Positions 61,765-64,000 of a stretch of 64,000 nucleotides of DNA are shown piece by piece. The position numbers and the translations under genes are program-made. Each line of letters opens with the position of its first letter. The first letter of the stretch is position 1. The stretch comes from Ilumatobacteraceae bacterium (GTDB taxonomy: Bacteria; Actinomycetota; Acidimicrobiia; Acidimicrobiales; Ilumatobacteraceae): positions 2,881-66,880 of the forward strand of contig JANMTV010000051.1 in assembly GCA_031390905.1 (NCBI GenBank), in the 5' to 3' direction. The notes below the pieces were generated by a model. That model did no database searches. It was not told the origin of the DNA and worked only from the letters and a program-made list of their open reading frames with translations.

Positions 61765-62451
61765 TCAGCTGAGGCGCGGGCCTGCTCTCGGGATGGGAGT
61801 GCCCCGACCCGTTGTTCGTGAGGGGAGTCGCCGATGAGCGGGGTCCCTGGACATCCAGGCGAAGACCGCGATCGCACAGGCCAGGACCGCCAACAGGCGC
61901 GACGTGGCACCGGGAGCGTCGGGGTGTGCGGGAAACGGGAGCCATGTCCGCGGCGGTAGGAAGGTCGTGCCGAAGCAGGCCATGGTGAACAACGCGCCGG
62001 CGATGCCGCCAGCCGTGCGGTCGCCTATCGTTGATGCCGTTGCCGACACCGCGTTAGCAACGGCGACGAACGCGCCCAGTTCCAATGCACGGCCCCGCAA
62101 GGGGAAACCGCCGGCAAGGTGGGTGGTGACTGCGATCGCGGCGGCCCACCACAACCCGACAGCCAGCGCAGCAACCGTCACTCGTTGGAGCCGGCGGCGC
62201 GGCAACGACATGGGGGATGCAGCGAGTGTCACGGCGGCGGAATCGTCGAGCAGGAACGCAGTCGCTGCGGCGACCGCTGCGCTGGCGATCGACAGGCGGA
62301 GGTGCACGCCGGCCCGGTTCCCGCTCGCCACGATCAAGATGCCTGCCAACATCATGTACACCAGCGGCTGCCAGCTCAGGATCCGCACTGCTGGTCGTGT
62401 CAGCAGTGACGCTCGACGCCGAGCGCTGGAGCCGATGGTCGTCGGCGTCAT
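61765..62451 (-). CDS. Membrane protein, possible ABC permease
   Basis: About six hydrophobic segments, AFLLDD; adjacent to next gene. Confidence 0.6.
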   Translation of the reverse strand: MTPTTIGSSARRRASLLTRPAVRILSWQPLVYMMLAGILIVASGNRAGVHLRLSIASAAVAAATAFLLDDSAAVTLAASPMSLPRRRLQRVTVAALAVGLWWAAAIAVTTHLAGGFPLRGRALELGAFVAVANAVSATASTIGDRTAGGIAGALFTMACFGTTFLPPRTWLPFPAHPDAPGATSRLLAVLACAIAVFAWMSRDPAHRRLPSRTTGRGTPIPRAGPRLS

Positions 62452-64000
62452 TACGGACAGCTCACACCGGTCGATGCGGCTGGCACCGCCGCCCCCGGCG
62501 TCACCGCCGCCGCGCCGTCGTCGTCGTCGATGCCGAGTTCACCGGCGAGTTCTGACGTCGAGGTTTCCGGATCGGTCCAACGGACCCAGTCACGATCGAG
62601 CGTGGAGCTCACCTCGGCGGCTGGCAGTTCGAGCATCGCCAGGGCGACCTCGGCGTCGCCAACGGCGTAGTCGACGCCCCACATCGGCGGGTCGTCCCAT
62701 TCCACAAAGGTGATCAGCGGTCCGCCCCCGGTCGACCCCTCGTCGGTCACCCGGCGCAGGGTTCGGGCACCGTCGGGGCTGGCGGCGGCGCCAGCCCACA
62801 GGGCAACCGTCGAGCGAGCCTGGCCGCTGGCGGTACAGCGCTCGTTGTCGTCGTGCGGCGCCGGTGGTAGGCCGGTCGCCCACGCCCCAGTCTGCACGGC
62901 GAGGAACAACCCATCGACGTCGAACTCCGAACACGGGAAGGACTCTTCCTCGAGCGGCGGGTGCACCCGACCGTCGGCGGGCCATAGATCGGTTGGCGAC
63001 AGGCGGTCGGCGACGCCGGGCGGCAACCGATCCCTGAACGTCGTCGGCACACAGTCGTCACTACTCACGATGATCGCCGGGCGCTGTATCACCTCGAGCG
63101 GGGCGCGTTTGTCGACGGCTGCTGCCGGGAAAAGTGTCAGCGTCGCCTCGACGCTGGTCCGCCATTCGGTCAGATCGGCCACGAAATCGGGGTAGGCGCA
63201 GTAGCGAACCGCGCCCGCCTTCTCACAGACCTGATGGGCGCCAGGTTCGGAGAGGTACGAAAGGATCTCGTTCTCTCGCGCGGTCGATGGGTGTCGGGTC
63301 TGCATCCACCCGGCACCGCCAGCAACAAGGACGCCGACACTGAGCACGGCACCGACAGGGCGACGGATCCCGTCGCGAGCAAGTGCGACACCGGCCATGA
63401 CTGCCACGAGGCCACCGAGATAGAGCAGATGCCACCCTGACGGGCGTATCTCGAGGAAGTCGTCACGGACGCCGGTCGGCTCGGCAATGAACGCAAGGAA
63501 GCGCAGCGGGTCACCTTCGGTGCGATCCCACGGCCACGTCGCCACGTCAAGGAATCGCACCTGGATCACGATCGTGGCAACCGCCGCCAACATCCCGAAG
63601 CCTGCGTTCGGCAGCCAGCGCGCCACCGCCACACCAACGCACGCGCTGCCGACAACGATCAGCAACCCGACCGCTGTCTCGTCCAACTGTGGCGATCCCC
63701 GCAACTGATCGCGGCGCCCAACTACAAACGCCAACCAGCCACCGGCGAGCACCGTGGCGATGGTCACCGGCCCAAGCGCAGTAGCGAGCAGCGCGCTCGA
63801 CCTGACCGGCTGCGCGGCAGGCAACGCCGCGAACAACTCGTCGGTCCCGGTGCGCTGTGGTCGCAGGGCGACGAGGTTGGTGGCGATGATCGTCATCCAG
63901 CCCAGCGGCACGAGCGCCAACGCGGTGCCTGCCGAGACCTCCCGCCAGTTCGTCTCGCTCTCGGTGGCGGCAATCAGCATGAGCGGTGTCAGGAGCACCC
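62451..64000 (-). CDS. Large membrane protein, ABC-2 permease-like, 5' end outside window
   Basis: Multi-TM N-terminal half with DELFAALP, then acidic soluble domain. Confidence 0.6.
   Translation of the reverse strand, partial: VLLTPLMLIAATESETNWREVSAGTALALVPLGWMTIIATNLVALRPQRTGTDELFAALPAAQPVRSSALLATALGPVTIATVLAGGWLAFVVGRRDQLRGSPQLDETAVGLLIVVGSACVGVAVARWLPNAGFGMLAAVATIVIQVRFLDVATWPWDRTEGDPLRFLAFIAEPTGVRDDFLEIRPSGWHLLYLGGLVAVMAGVALARDGIRRPVGAVLSVGVLVAGGAGWMQTRHPSTARENEILSYLSEPGAHQVCEKAGAVRYCAYPDFVADLTEWRTSVEATLTLFPAAAVDKRAPLEVIQRPAIIVSSDDCVPTTFRDRLPPGVADRLSPTDLWPADGRVHPPLEEESFPCSEFDVDGLFLAVQTGAWATGLPPAPHDDNERCTASGQARSTVALWAGAAASPDGARTLRRVTDEGSTGGGPLITFVEWDDPPMWGVDYAVGDAEVALAMLELPAAEVSSTLDRDWVRWTDPETSTSELAGELGIDDDDGAAAVTPGAAVPAASTGVSCP

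Overview
High-GC actinobacterial chromosome segment; gene content suggests Acidimicrobiia (Ilumatobacter-like), by inference. 1-31 kb is mostly housekeeping: OafA-type acyltransferase, cysS, deoD, ilvB-ilvN-ilvC, ilvD, ino1, gatCAB, a citrate synthase pair, lgt, ybaK and two CitE-family lyases. 31.8-55 kb is an accessory aromatic/xenobiotic catabolic region: intradiol dioxygenase, hpaB-marR-hpaD, a LysR-linked oxygenase/nitrilase/Rieske operon, and a convergent IclR-linked operon with a phenylphosphate-synthase-A-like phosphotransferase, two phosphatases and an amidase. The end holds ornithine decarboxylase, a CoxL-like molybdoprotein, RraA-like/RidA genes, a PAS-GGDEF cyclase and two membrane proteins. 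I found no rRNA, tRNA, CRISPR array, transposase or integrase. Signals missing from the ORF track: (1) an 86-bp tandem repeat between ilvB and ilvN whose units each encode a 28-29 aa peptide coupled by stop/start overlaps (MIRU-like); (2) an ilvB leader-peptide attenuator; (3) an in-frame UGA in otherwise intact cysS; (4) three families of intergenic palindromes/repeats; (5) a 25-bp palindrome between a citrate synthase and an HTH-citrate-synthase fusion; (6) a structured leader before ornithine decarboxylase. Caveat: four genes (cysK-like, cysS, mcl-like, vapC) carry point lesions that may be assembly errors. All calls come from motif recognition by eye; no searches were run.
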